A DNA stretch of 64,000 nucleotides. Origin: Bdellovibrionaceae bacterium UBA2339. Its GTDB lineage: Bacteria > Bdellovibrionota > Bdellovibrionia > Bdellovibrionales > JAMPXM01. Shown in pieces: positions 38,799 to 50,710 of this stretch. Numbering within the stretch: position 1 is the stretch's first letter; each line of letters begins with the position of its first letter. The notes beneath the pieces were generated by a model. The model searched no databases. It saw only the letters and a program-made list of their open reading frames with translations, and had not been told where the DNA came from. The stretch is from the NCBI GenBank assembly GCA_002344785.1, contig DDUL01000036.1, positions 120,063 through 184,062 of the forward strand, written 5' to 3'. Position numbers and translations under genes: made by a program.

Positions 38799-39362
38799 TT
38801 ATTCTTTTTCTTTCGCCACGATGACTTGGCCGTGGCGAATCACGCGATCGTGAAGTTTGTAGGGCTTGCGGAACACGCGCGAAATATGTCCGGGGGGCAA
38901 GTCCGCGGACACTTCACTCGACAGAGCCTCGAACACCGCGGGATCAAAGGCTTTGCCGAGCGCGGGAATCTCTTCGATGCCATTTTTTGAAAGCGCGGCT
39001 TTCAACTGCGTGGCCGTCAGTTCAATGCCCTTGCGGAAAGAATCAAAGTTGTCGGTGGTCACTTCAGTCGCCAGCGCCTTTTCAAAAATATCCACGACCT
39101 CGAGAATGTCGACGGCCAAGCGTTCGGCACCAAAGCGACGAAGATCCGAGCGCTCTTTGATCGCATTCTTTTTGTAGTTCTCAAACTCGGCGGCCAAATA
39201 CAGATAGTCGTTCTTGAACTTCATCAGTTCCGCGATTTGTTCGGGCGAAAGCTCGGTGTGCATGCCGTCGGCGGGGCCTTGGGCCTCGCCCGATGAATTT
39301 TGCTGCGCGCCGGATCCCGTGGAGTTGGGATGAGGATTTTTTGGATCAGAATTTTGGTCCAC
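38799..39362 (-). CDS. grpE: nucleotide exchange factor GrpE
   Basis: 187 aa. KNDYLYLAAEFENYKKN and the C-terminal beta-domain ISRVFRKPYKLHDRVIRHGQVIV. Confidence 0.92.
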   Translation of the reverse strand: MDQNSDPKNPHPNSTGSGAQQNSSGEAQGPADGMHTELSPEQIAELMKFKNDYLYLAAEFENYKKNAIKERSDLRRFGAERLAVDILEVVDIFEKALATEVTTDNFDSFRKGIELTATQLKAALSKNGIEEIPALGKAFDPAVFEALSSEVSADLPPGHISRVFRKPYKLHDRVIRHGQVIVAKEKE

Positions 39363-39388
39363 TTCGGCTCCTTTGAAGGCTCAGGTCA

Positions 39389-39416
39389 TTATGGAGCCGC
39401 TGGAGTCGAAGTCAAA
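39389..39416 (-). promoter_or_regulatory. candidate promoter of grpE operon
   Basis: The minus strand reads TTGACT - 16 nt - CATAAT, about 25 nt upstream of AAAGGAG and the grpE ATG. The -10 region CTCCATAAT also loosely resembles a sigma32 -10. Confidence 0.45.
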
Positions 39417-39488
39417 CCGCCGAGTCGATGAATTTCGGCTTTCTGCCGCCAGCGAATTGTGAACGAAAAAACTCGCACACCGTCGGGC

Positions 39489-40769
39489 TCAGGACAGAGA
39501 CGGCCATTCGTCCTGCAAGTAGGTCAGGCGCTCCAGCACTCGATTTGCCAGTGCATGACCGCGCGGCGTGAAGTGATAATTCACCCCGAATGAAACGCCT
39601 TGAGAATTTGTGCGAGTTCTCAGCAAACCTCCTTCGACGCAGGGGGCGAGGCGCCGAATCGCGTCCTGCGCGGCGGCTCGGCCGAATTTTTCCGCAACGC
39701 GTTCAATGTCGAGGCCGCGCTGCACGCGAAGATGTGTGTGCAAGTAGTCCGTCAGGGCCTCGTGCGGCTTGAGGGCTTCAACACGGTCGGCCGACATGCT
39801 TTGCCAAAAGCTCGCACCTCGCGCCTCGCGCAGTTCGTGTTCATAAGCCTTCAAGGTCGCAGGATTCCAGAAGCGAAGCCCCCAAAAGTCGTCTTGGCCC
39901 GCAGTTCGCGGCCGATAAGAGTGCGCACCCATGCCTAAGCCCCAATAGGGTTGATCGCTCCAGTACAAAAGATTGTGTCGCGATTCAAAACCCGGCACGG
40001 CGAAGTTCGAAAGCTCGTAGCGAAAAATCCCAGCGCTCTGCAATCGCTCTTCGATCATCTCGAACATGTCGGCCTGCTCTTCGTCCCCGGCTCGCCCGCG
40101 ATTCAGCGGATGCTTTTCCGGAACCGTGAGGCAATACGCGCTCAAATGTCGCGGGCCATAGGCGAGAGCTTGGCGCAGATCTTCTTCAAGCTCGCGCAAA
40201 CTTTGTCCGGGAAGCGCGAAGAGCAAATCGAAATTGAAGTTGAGGCCCATGCGACTCAGGAGCTCAAGATCGCGATGCGTATCGGCGACACTGTGCTTTC
40301 GTCCAGTGACCTTCAAAAGCTCAGCATTGAAGGTCTGCGCGCCAACGGAAAAGCGAGTGACGCCGCAATCGAGCCAAGCCTGAACTCGACTTTGTGGAGA
40401 ATCAGCGTCGTCGACAGGTCCCAGAGTTCCCGGATTCACTTCCAGTGTGACTTCGGCATTCGCAGAAAGCGGGAAGCCCGCTCTTGCAAGCTCGTCGCGG
40501 ACGGCTACCATATCTTCAGGCCGCATTAAACTGGGCGTGCCGCCGCCTAGGTAGAGAGAGGACAATGGTGTAGGGTTAAGAGATTCGGCGCGCGAGCGAA
40601 TTTCCTCTCGCAAGAGATCAACATAACGCCCCATCGGCGGCAGATCCCCGACTTCGAACTTCACAAAGTCGCAGTACGTACAAATCTGCAAACAGTAGGG
40701 AATATGGACGTAGACGCCAAAGGCGGGCGCAGAAACTGATCGAAAATCTGGATTTGATTCAGAACTCAT
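39489..40769 (-). CDS. hemW: radical SAM heme chaperone HemW (HemN-like)
   Basis: VYVHIPYCLQICTYCDF (CX3CX2C) and a HemN C-terminal domain. The ORF-track extension up to 41582 is antisense to the M16 gene and is rejected. Confidence 0.85.
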   Translation of the reverse strand: MSSESNPDFRSVSAPAFGVYVHIPYCLQICTYCDFVKFEVGDLPPMGRYVDLLREEIRSRAESLNPTPLSSLYLGGGTPSLMRPEDMVAVRDELARAGFPLSANAEVTLEVNPGTLGPVDDADSPQSRVQAWLDCGVTRFSVGAQTFNAELLKVTGRKHSVADTHRDLELLSRMGLNFNFDLLFALPGQSLRELEEDLRQALAYGPRHLSAYCLTVPEKHPLNRGRAGDEEQADMFEMIEERLQSAGIFRYELSNFAVPGFESRHNLLYWSDQPYWGLGMGAHSYRPRTAGQDDFWGLRFWNPATLKAYEHELREARGASFWQSMSADRVEALKPHEALTDYLHTHLRVQRGLDIERVAEKFGRAAAQDAIRRLAPCVEGGLLRTRTNSQGVSFGVNYHFTPRGHALANRVLERLTYLQDEWPSLS

Positions 40770-40781
40770 GAGGTAGCAGAG

Positions 40782-43487
40782 ATGACGCAGAAACGAGCCG
40801 CAAGCAAGTCGACAAACGGCATGAAGCCGATTTCCTTCCAACTCAAAAACGGCTTGCAGGTGCGATTGCTGCCCTCGCGTCGCGCGCCGGTGATTTCCGT
40901 CCAGTGTTGGGTGAACACAGGCTCGGCGGATGAGCGCCCCGCTGAGCAAGGCATCAGTCATTTCATCGAACACCTGGTTTTCAAGGGCACGGAACACTAC
41001 GGCGTCGGCGAAATCGCTAAAGCCGTCGAGGCCTCGGGCGGCGAAATGAACGCATGGACCAGCTTCGATCAAACTGTGTTCTACATCAACATCTCCAAGG
41101 AATTCGTCGGCACGGCCCTGCACACCATCGGCGACATGATGTCGACACCCCGCTTTGATCCCAAAGAGATCGATGCCGAACGTGAGGTGGTGTTGGAAGA
41201 GATCAAGCGCACCAACGACAATCCGTCTCGGCGGGGCAGTCGTCTGCTTTTTTCGAACTTCTATCGGCGCCACCCCTATCGCGTGCCGGTCATCGGTCGG
41301 CCCGAAGTTGTCGCGAAAGTCTCTCCCAAAGTTCTGCGCCGTTATTTCGCCGAACGCTACTCGGCGAAGAACATGCTTTTGGTGGTCGCCGGAGACTTTG
41401 AGACGGGAGAAATGCGTCGGCAGATTGCTGAAAACTTCGGGCGCGTGCAAGGCGGCCGAGTTCGCAGTGTGAAGCGATCGCGCGAAACGGCACCGACGCG
41501 GCCTCGAATCCGCTTGGAAGAATCCGATTTGAAGGAAACTCAGGTGCATATTTGCTTTCCCATTCCCCCAGCTGCGCATCAAGATTTGGCGGGCCTGGAA
41601 GTGCTCAGCATGATGTTGGGTCAGGGCGACGCCAGCCGTCTGGTGAAGCGGCTTCGCTTGGATGAAGATTTGGCGAACTCTGTTGGTGCAGGATGTTTCG
41701 CGCCCAAAGACCCCGGCTTTTTCTCCATTTCATTCACCGCGCGGCCCGAACAGACCCTGCCGTCATTGAAGGCTTGTGCGGAAGTTGTCGCGGCGAACTT
41801 CCAAGAGGCGTATTCGCAAGCGGAAATTGAGCGCGCCATCACCAATATCGAAAGTTCGGAATACTACGGGCTGGAGTCCGTCGAGGGTTTGGCGCGCAAA
41901 ATGGGATCGCTGCTCACTTTGTTTGGCGATCTCAAAAAGTTCGACGAGTACATGCAGCGCGTGCGCGACTTCAGCGCCCAAGAGGCGCACCGGCTTTTGC
42001 GAAAGTATTTAGACCCCGCGCGCATGACGGCTGTCGTGTTGATGGCCAAAGGCCAAGAAAGCGAAAAGCCAGCGATCGAAGCCGCACTTCGCGATTTCGG
42101 TGCGACATTGAAAAAGGCGCGCGCGGCCTCGACAGCACGATTGTCGCCCCGAGACGCCGCCAAGAAAATCAAGCCGCATCCAAAGTGGAAAGCGGCGGCG
42201 GATCTGAACGTCAAAATTGAGCGCGAAACTTTGCCAAGCGGCACGCGAGTGATCTGGCGAGCGACGCGCTCGGCTCCGACGGTCAGCGCGCGCATCGCCT
42301 GGCGGGGCGGTTCAAGGACGGAAGCTCCTCATCAAGGCGGCTTGACGGAACTTCTCTCTCGCGTGTGGGTGAGTGGCACTCGTGAGCTGAACGAGTCGCA
42401 ACTTCTTGAACGCATTGAGAGCATGGCCGCGGGCCTCGGTGCGTTTGGCGGTCGCCACACCGTGGGGCTGAGCGCGCAGACTTTGTCGATTCGTCAGCGC
42501 GAGTTCGCGCCACTGTTTGCTGAAGTGGCGTGGTCGCCGCGGCTGAGCGCCGAGGCTGTGCCGCGTGAAATCAGTCAGATGCTTGAAGGACTTCGAACGC
42601 GCGATGACCGACCATCGCAGATTGCCTCGCGCATCTTCATGGAGACGCTGTTTCGCGATCATTTTTACGCACGAGATCCGATGGGTACCGCGGAGAGCTT
42701 GCGAAGCCTCGACTTGAAACAGCTGCAACTGCACCTCGAGAAGAACATCGCCAGTGCGCCGCTTGTCGTTGTGACGGGGGATTTGGACAAGGCGATTTGG
42801 CGAGATGCGATCGAGAGTGCGGCAGCGGCGCGAAAGCGGCCCGCCGCCAGCGCGGCCTTGCGAGACGCAAAGGTCGAACGCTTTAAGCCTCGTGCTGAGA
42901 GTGAGCAAAGATGTTTCCGCGAACTCAAGAAGGAGCAAACTCAAGTGCTTCTCGGCTGGCCGGGATTGACCTTGGATGATCCGCGCCGCGTGACTCTGCA
43001 AGTGGCGCAAGGCCTACTCTCGGGAATGGGCGGGCGGCTGTTTGTCGAACTTCGCGAAAAGAAGTCGCTGGCTTATAGTGTCGGCCCGACGGCGATGGAA
43101 GGACTTGAGGGCGGCTATGTCGGAGCGCACATCGGCTGCTCGCCGGAAAAAGCCGAAGAGGCGATTCGCGATTTGTTGCTCGAGTTTCAGAAGCTCGCCG
43201 AGCACTTGGTCGATGCCGAAGAGTTGGCGCGCGCCAAGCGTTTCTTGATCGGGCATCATGATCTTGGACTGCAAAAAGCCTCGGCCCTGAGCTCTGCTTT
43301 TCTGTTTCACGAGATCTACGGTCTTCCCGCGGAAGACATTCTCAACTACGGCGAACAAGTGAAAGCTGTGAGCGCTGAGAATCTCAGAAACTTGATCGCC
43401 GAACTTGTGAGTCGGCCGCCGACGATCGTGGTGGTGGGCCCCAAGTCACCCTGGCGCGAAGGTGAATTCACCGCGATTCAGGCTTAA
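40782..43487 (+). CDS. fused two-module M16 (pitrilysin/insulinase) family zinc peptidase
   Basis: HFIEHLVFKGT (HxxEH) in the N-terminal module. The 901-aa length corresponds to two M16 active/inactive pairs. Confidence 0.85.
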   Translation: MTQKRAASKSTNGMKPISFQLKNGLQVRLLPSRRAPVISVQCWVNTGSADERPAEQGISHFIEHLVFKGTEHYGVGEIAKAVEASGGEMNAWTSFDQTVFYINISKEFVGTALHTIGDMMSTPRFDPKEIDAEREVVLEEIKRTNDNPSRRGSRLLFSNFYRRHPYRVPVIGRPEVVAKVSPKVLRRYFAERYSAKNMLLVVAGDFETGEMRRQIAENFGRVQGGRVRSVKRSRETAPTRPRIRLEESDLKETQVHICFPIPPAAHQDLAGLEVLSMMLGQGDASRLVKRLRLDEDLANSVGAGCFAPKDPGFFSISFTARPEQTLPSLKACAEVVAANFQEAYSQAEIERAITNIESSEYYGLESVEGLARKMGSLLTLFGDLKKFDEYMQRVRDFSAQEAHRLLRKYLDPARMTAVVLMAKGQESEKPAIEAALRDFGATLKKARAASTARLSPRDAAKKIKPHPKWKAAADLNVKIERETLPSGTRVIWRATRSAPTVSARIAWRGGSRTEAPHQGGLTELLSRVWVSGTRELNESQLLERIESMAAGLGAFGGRHTVGLSAQTLSIRQREFAPLFAEVAWSPRLSAEAVPREISQMLEGLRTRDDRPSQIASRIFMETLFRDHFYARDPMGTAESLRSLDLKQLQLHLEKNIASAPLVVVTGDLDKAIWRDAIESAAAARKRPAASAALRDAKVERFKPRAESEQRCFRELKKEQTQVLLGWPGLTLDDPRRVTLQVAQGLLSGMGGRLFVELREKKSLAYSVGPTAMEGLEGGYVGAHIGCSPEKAEEAIRDLLLEFQKLAEHLVDAEELARAKRFLIGHHDLGLQKASALSSAFLFHEIYGLPAEDILNYGEQVKAVSAENLRNLIAELVSRPPTIVVVGPKSPWREGEFTAIQA

Positions 43488-43498
43488 TCTTGGTATAA

Positions 43499-43519
43499 GC
43501 GCGGCTTTCGAGCCGCGTC
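43499..43519 (+). terminator. possible terminator hairpin after M16 peptidase gene
   Basis: GCGCGGCT-TTCG-AGCCGCGTC stem-loop 12 nt after the stop. There is no clean T-run. Confidence 0.3.
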
Positions 43520-43648
43520 TCAAACTGAGATTTTGCCCCGTCCAAAGTCGTAATTCGCTTCATGATTTCTCTCGATCTCAGGTGGAGTTGTTAAACTGAG
43601 ATCAGATTCGCGCGCAGGTGAGGCGCGGGTTCGAAGGGGTTTCACGCG

Positions 43649-44260
43649 ATGTCGACGAAGACCATATTCGTCTCCAGCCGCGAGTACTTTGCCGAAGTGG
43701 TGGACTCGGCACTGTCGTCTCGACGGATGGACACATTTCCATCAGCCAAAGACTATCTGATTCGCTTGCTCGAGTTCCATGTGCCTGCCGAGCATCTGTT
43801 CGACGAGTTCGACGAACAAGGTCGCCGTCAGCGATCAACTCTGGCCGAGGCGTACTTGCGCGCCATGAGCTCCGAGCCCGCGCAGCGCGTGGAACTTCTC
43901 AAGCGCACGGCGGATCGCGCGCTCTACATCAGCGGCTTCTTTTCCGATTCACTGCAAAGAAAACTGGTCGATGTGGACTATTATGCCGACATGGGTGTCG
44001 CGGCCTACTCGTCACTGGCGGAAAACGTGCGCGACGACCTGTCGACACGAGTTTATCGCGAGTACTCGCGCCGTTTCACCGAATTCATGGATGTCTTGGC
44101 CTGGATCAGCTCGCAGTCGAAGCAGCAGAGCGAGGCCAACATACTGCGTCTGTACGAGGCCTTCGCGCGCACCGGTTCGGAGTATGCGCGCGAGCAGCTC
44201 TTGGAACGCGGGCTGATCGCGGTACCGCTGTCGGAGCTTGAAAAGTCCAAAAAGCAGTAG
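43649..44260 (+). CDS. hypothetical protein
   Basis: 203-aa ORF with protein-like, helical composition. No motif recognised. Confidence 0.55.
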   Translation: MSTKTIFVSSREYFAEVVDSALSSRRMDTFPSAKDYLIRLLEFHVPAEHLFDEFDEQGRRQRSTLAEAYLRAMSSEPAQRVELLKRTADRALYISGFFSDSLQRKLVDVDYYADMGVAAYSSLAENVRDDLSTRVYREYSRRFTEFMDVLAWISSQSKQQSEANILRLYEAFARTGSEYAREQLLERGLIAVPLSELEKSKKQ

Positions 44261-44297
44261 CTGACAGCGCCCCGCCGCGCCCGTTAGACTCACGAAC

Positions 44298-44723
44298 ATG
44301 TTTGATATCGGCTTCAGCGAAATGATTTTGATCGCCGTGATCGCGCTTGTCGCGATTGGGCCAAAACAACTTCCTGAGGTCGCGCGCACAGTCGGAAAAT
44401 TCATTGGCGAGTTCAAACGCATGTTCGGCGACGTCGCCACCAGCTTCATCGACGCCCGTGACGGCGCGGACCGCGAGCTGCGCAAGTTCAAAGACGATGT
44501 GAAGGGGTCGGTGTTCTCGCAAGCGAGACATGAGGACCAGTCGCAGGCGAGACACGATGACCAGCCGCAAGCGAGACATGAGGACCAGCCGCAGGCGCAT
44601 GCAGCGACTCAGCCCGAGTCAGCAACTCACGCCCCCGAGACCCACGCTTCCGAGTCACCGGCAGCTCATTCGCCAGTGGCCTCGAGCCAATCCTCTGCAA
44701 GCGACTCAGGTGAAAAGTCATGA
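44298..44723 (+). CDS. tatB: twin-arginine translocase subunit TatB
   Basis: The N-terminus MFDIGFSEMILIAVIALVAIGPKQLPE closely matches, by recollection, the E. coli TatB N-terminus (MFDIGFSE...). Followed by tatC with an ATGA overlap. Confidence 0.85.
   Translation: MFDIGFSEMILIAVIALVAIGPKQLPEVARTVGKFIGEFKRMFGDVATSFIDARDGADRELRKFKDDVKGSVFSQARHEDQSQARHDDQPQARHEDQPQAHAATQPESATHAPETHASESPAAHSPVASSQSSASDSGEKS
44520..44600 (+). repeat. 24-bp tandem repeat (3.4 copies) inside tatB
   Basis: Units at 44520-44543, 44544-44567 and 44568-44591, plus a partial copy. They encode QARHEDQS / QARHDDQP / QARHEDQP / QAH. Confidence 0.9.
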
Positions 44724-45490
44724 GAGACCCGCGCGATGAAAACGGCGTCGATCAACTGACATTGACGGATCATCTTGCCGAGCTGCGCACGCGCATTATC
44801 CGCTCGCTCTATGCCATCGTCGTTGGCGTCGGAATCGCGTTTTTCTACTCGGATGTTTTGTTCGACCTGGTTCGCCAACCCGTGCAGCAGTTTTTGCCCG
44901 AGGGTGGTTTGGTGTTCACACACCCCATGGATAAATTCATGGCCCACTTCAAACTTTCAGGTGTGGCGGGCCTCATCCTCACCTGTCCGTTTTGGCTGTA
45001 TCAAGCTTGGTGCTTCGTCGCGCCCGGTCTGTATCGACATGAGCGTAAATATGCGATGGCGTTCATCGCGACCTCGAGCGCGCTCTTTGTGATCGGTGCG
45101 AGCTTCGCTTACTTTTTGGTGTTGCCGGCGGCCTTCGATTTTCTCTTCACCTTTGGTGGCACCACAGATCGCCCGTTGATCACCATCGCGGAGTACTTTT
45201 CGTTTTTTGCCACCATGGTTTTGGTCTTTGCGGTTTGTTTTGAATTGCCCGTCGTGATGGTGATTCTGGGTCTGTTGGGGATTCTGAAGGCCGAAGGACT
45301 TCGTTCCACGCGGCGTTATGCGATTGTTGTGCTGTCTGTCCTATCCGCGGTCGTGACGCCGCCCGATGTGATCAGCATGATGCTGCTTTTTGTTCCTCTT
45401 CTCATTCTTTATGAAATCTCGATTCTCCTGATTGCGGTGATCGAACGCCGTCGAGCCGCGGCCTCGACGATTGGCGCCGCAGAGCATTAA
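44720..45490 (+). CDS. tatC: twin-arginine translocase subunit TatC
   Basis: 256 aa, 6 TM. LTDHLAELRTRIIRSL at the N-terminus is typical of TatC. Confidence 0.92.
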   Translation: MRDPRDENGVDQLTLTDHLAELRTRIIRSLYAIVVGVGIAFFYSDVLFDLVRQPVQQFLPEGGLVFTHPMDKFMAHFKLSGVAGLILTCPFWLYQAWCFVAPGLYRHERKYAMAFIATSSALFVIGASFAYFLVLPAAFDFLFTFGGTTDRPLITIAEYFSFFATMVLVFAVCFELPVVMVILGLLGILKAEGLRSTRRYAIVVLSVLSAVVTPPDVISMMLLFVPLLILYEISILLIAVIERRRAAASTIGAAEH

Positions 45491-45508
45491 TCCTCAAGCC
45501 AATTCGAC

Positions 45509-45537
45509 TTGAATCGCAATCTGGCCCTGCTTAGACT
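45509..45537 (+). promoter_or_regulatory. candidate sigma70-type promoter of the histone-fold gene
   Basis: TTGAAT - 17 nt - TAGACT, about 70 nt upstream of the ATG. Confidence 0.4.
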
Positions 45538-45609
45538 TTTTTTGATGATCGCGGCACAAGCCTTCGGTCGGGTTCAACGTCTCGGGATTCATCTTCTTGA
45601 GGGGGTAAT

Positions 45610-45804
45610 ATGGCGGACGTACTCGTTGTGACGAGCAAAGTGAAAAAACTCATCAAAGAAAAAGGCGAGTGCAACACCTCGGCGGAAACCATTGATGTAC
45701 TCAGCAAGGCGATCGAGCGTCTCTGCCTGAAGGGCATCGAGGCCGCAAAGGCTGACGGTCGTAAGACTGTTATGGCTCGCGACATCGTCATCGATCACAT
45801 CTAG
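45610..45804 (+). CDS. bacterial histone-fold protein (Bdellovibrio Bd0055/HBb-like)
   Basis: 64 aa. MADVLVVTSKVKKLIKEKG...ETIDVLSKAIERLCLKGIEAAKADGRKTVMARDIVIDHI. The A..GRKT..A.DI signature resembles archaeal HMf (HAGRKTIKAEDI). Confidence 0.8.
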   Translation: MADVLVVTSKVKKLIKEKGECNTSAETIDVLSKAIERLCLKGIEAAKADGRKTVMARDIVIDHI

Positions 45805-45900
45805 ATCCATGATTTCTTGATATTGTGTTGGGGAGTCTGCCCATTGAGCTGTAACGGCTCAGGCCCGAAGGGTCGGTCAGCATCTCTCGTGCACCTAAGG

Positions 45901-45945
45901 ATCGCGCCGAACTCTCAGTTTTGAGAACGGCGCGATTTTGTTTTT
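45901..45945 (+). terminator. Rho-independent terminator of the histone-fold gene
   Basis: ATCGCGCCG...CGGCGCGAT long hairpin with inner TCTCA/TGAGA pairing, followed by TTTGTTTTT. Confidence 0.8.
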
Positions 45946-46083
45946 CCCGGCATCCTCATCGAGGCGTCGGGCCTGTAAGTCGTGCACAGCCAACACGCGC
46001 CGATGATTTCAAATGGACAGCTCCGAGGCCACGGCCCTAAACCAGTGCATCACTATCAAAGTGAGTACGAAAGTGAGGCCAAA

Positions 46084-46620
46084 ATGTTTTGGGGACTAAC
46101 TTTTCTCGCCGTTGGACTGCTGCTGCTTTTGCAAACCGTCTTGAAGGTGGATCTGCCGATCTTGCGCATTCTGTTCAGTCTGGCGCTGATCTACTTGGGC
46201 GTAAAAATGATGTTCGGAACTTTCGGAATCAGCATCAATGGCGCGAAGTTCGAAAAAGTCGCGACGGCCACGGATGTGGTGTTCACCGAAGGCGATCTCA
46301 GCGCGCGCAGCGATGATCGGGTCAATCGCAACTTCAACACCGTCTTCGGTCAGTCGCGCTTGGATCTCAGCAGTGTCGAGCCCACAGATCTCGAAAAGGG
46401 CGTCGAGATTTCCGCTGTGTTTGGCAAAACCGAAGTGCAAACTCCTCGTGAGTTGCCGCTTGTGGTGGAAAGCAACACGGCCTTTGGAAAGATCGATGTA
46501 CGCGGCGATAAAACCGGCGCGCTTGGCAACGGCATCTATCGATCACCCGGCTTCGATGCCTCGAAGCCGCATTTGAAAATCGAAGCGAACTCGGTCTTCG
46601 GCGAGATCGTGATTCGCTAA
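46084..46620 (+). CDS. membrane protein with LiaF-like C-terminal domain
   Basis: Two N-terminal TM helices (FWGLTFLAVGLLLLL, ILFSLALIYLGVKMMF). Repeated beta motifs SAVFGKTEV / NTAFGKIDV / NSVFGEIVI, as in the LiaF/DUF2154 family. Confidence 0.55.
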   Translation: MFWGLTFLAVGLLLLLQTVLKVDLPILRILFSLALIYLGVKMMFGTFGISINGAKFEKVATATDVVFTEGDLSARSDDRVNRNFNTVFGQSRLDLSSVEPTDLEKGVEISAVFGKTEVQTPRELPLVVESNTAFGKIDVRGDKTGALGNGIYRSPGFDASKPHLKIEANSVFGEIVIR

Positions 46621-46668
46621 GGCTCTTCAGTTTCTTCTCCGGAAAAATATGAAGCTGCGGAACGCGGG

Positions 46669-49237
<2,569 letters not shown>

Positions 49238-49241
<4 letters not shown>

Positions 49242-50710
49242 TGGATCTAACTTTCGCAACTTGTTCTGAAGTGGGGCGCGCGGTTCGCGATCGCAAAGTT
49301 TCGGCGGTCGAGGTGACGCGACATTTTCTCAAACGCATCGGTGAGCTCGACCCGAAAATCGGCGCGTTCACGACGGTGAACTCTCGGGCCGAGGCCCAAG
49401 CGGCTGACGTCGATGCCCGCTTGGCGCGCGGCGAAGCTGTTGGCCCCTTGGCGGGCGTCCCCATTGCCATCAAGGATTTGCTGTGCACGAAGGGGCTTCG
49501 CACCACGGCTTCGTCGAAGATTTTGGCGAACTTCATTCCGCCGTACTCAGCAACAGTTGTGAGGCGCTTGGAAGAAGCCGGCGCGATTTGTATCGGTAAA
49601 ACCAGCTTGGATGAATTCGGCATGGGGTCATCCAATGAGAACTCGGCTTTTGGTTCGGTGAAAAATCCTTGGAACCCTGAGTACGTGCCTGGCGGATCCA
49701 GCGGCGGGTCGGCGGCGTCGGTTGCCGCGCGCATGGCGCTGGCCTCGATCGGTACGGATACAGGTGGATCGATTCGCCAGCCTTCAAGCTTCTGCGGGTT
49801 GTTTGGCATCAAGCCGACTTACGGTCGCGTCAGTCGCTACGGCATCATCGCCTTCGCCTCCAGCCTCGATCAGGCCGGGCCGATGGCGCTTTCAACTGAA
49901 GATGCGGCACTCATCTTGGAGGTCATTTCGGGTCGCTGTGAACGTGACTCCACCAGTGCCGATGTTTCGGTGCCGCAGTTTTCCCAGCAGATCAGCGATC
50001 AGGTGAAGGGCCTGCGTATTGGTCTGCCGAAGCAGTACTTCGCTGAGAAAATGGACGCCGACGTGGAGCGCGTGACTCGCGAAAGTATCGAAGCTCTCAA
50101 AAAGCGCGGGGCAATTCTGGTCGATGTGGAGCTGCCTCTCGTGAAGTATGCCGTACCGGTTTACTACTTGGTCGCCACCAGCGAAGCCTCTTCGAATCTT
50201 GCGCGTTACGACGGTATGCGCTTTGGTCACAGATCCAAGAACGCCACCAAAGGCGATCTGGATGACTTGTACTCAAGCTCGCGTGGCGAGGGCTTCGGAC
50301 CCGAAGTGAAGCGACGGATCATGTTGGGAACTTACGCTCTTTCGAGCGGCTACTACGATGCCTACTATCAAAAGGCCTCTCAGGTCCGCCGCTTGATTCG
50401 CGACGAATTCACCCGCGCCTTCACTCAGTGTGATGTGATCCTAAGCCCTGTCTGCACGTCTCCGGCTTTCAAAATCGGCGAACGTATCAATGACCCCTTG
50501 GCCATGTATCTCAATGATATTTTCACGACGTCGACCAATTTGGCGGGTCTGCCTGGAATGTCAGTCCCGGCCGGCTTCTCTAAGGAAGGCTTACCCATCG
50601 GCGTGCAGCTGATGGCGCCTCACTTTGAAGAATCGCGCTTGTTCAATGTTTCTTCGGTCCTTGAAAAAGATTTGGGCGCTGCAAAGTCGCGGAGGCCGCA
50701 TGTCATCTGA
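49238..50710 (+). CDS. gatA: Asp/Glu-tRNA amidotransferase subunit A
   Basis: Amidase signature GGSSGGSAASVA and GTDTGGSIRQPS. Confidence 0.95.

Noticed and set aside
39363-39488. Expected CIRCE (TTAGCACTC-N9-GAGTGCTAA) operator upstream of grpE.
   Set aside because: No such inverted repeat is present in the leader.
40770-41582. N-terminal extension of about 270 aa on the hemW ORF (the track lists 39489-41582, 697 aa).
   Set aside because: The extension is antisense to the well-supported M16 peptidase gene and has Arg/Ala/Gly-rich shadow-ORF composition. The HemW homology begins at the internal ATG at 40769.
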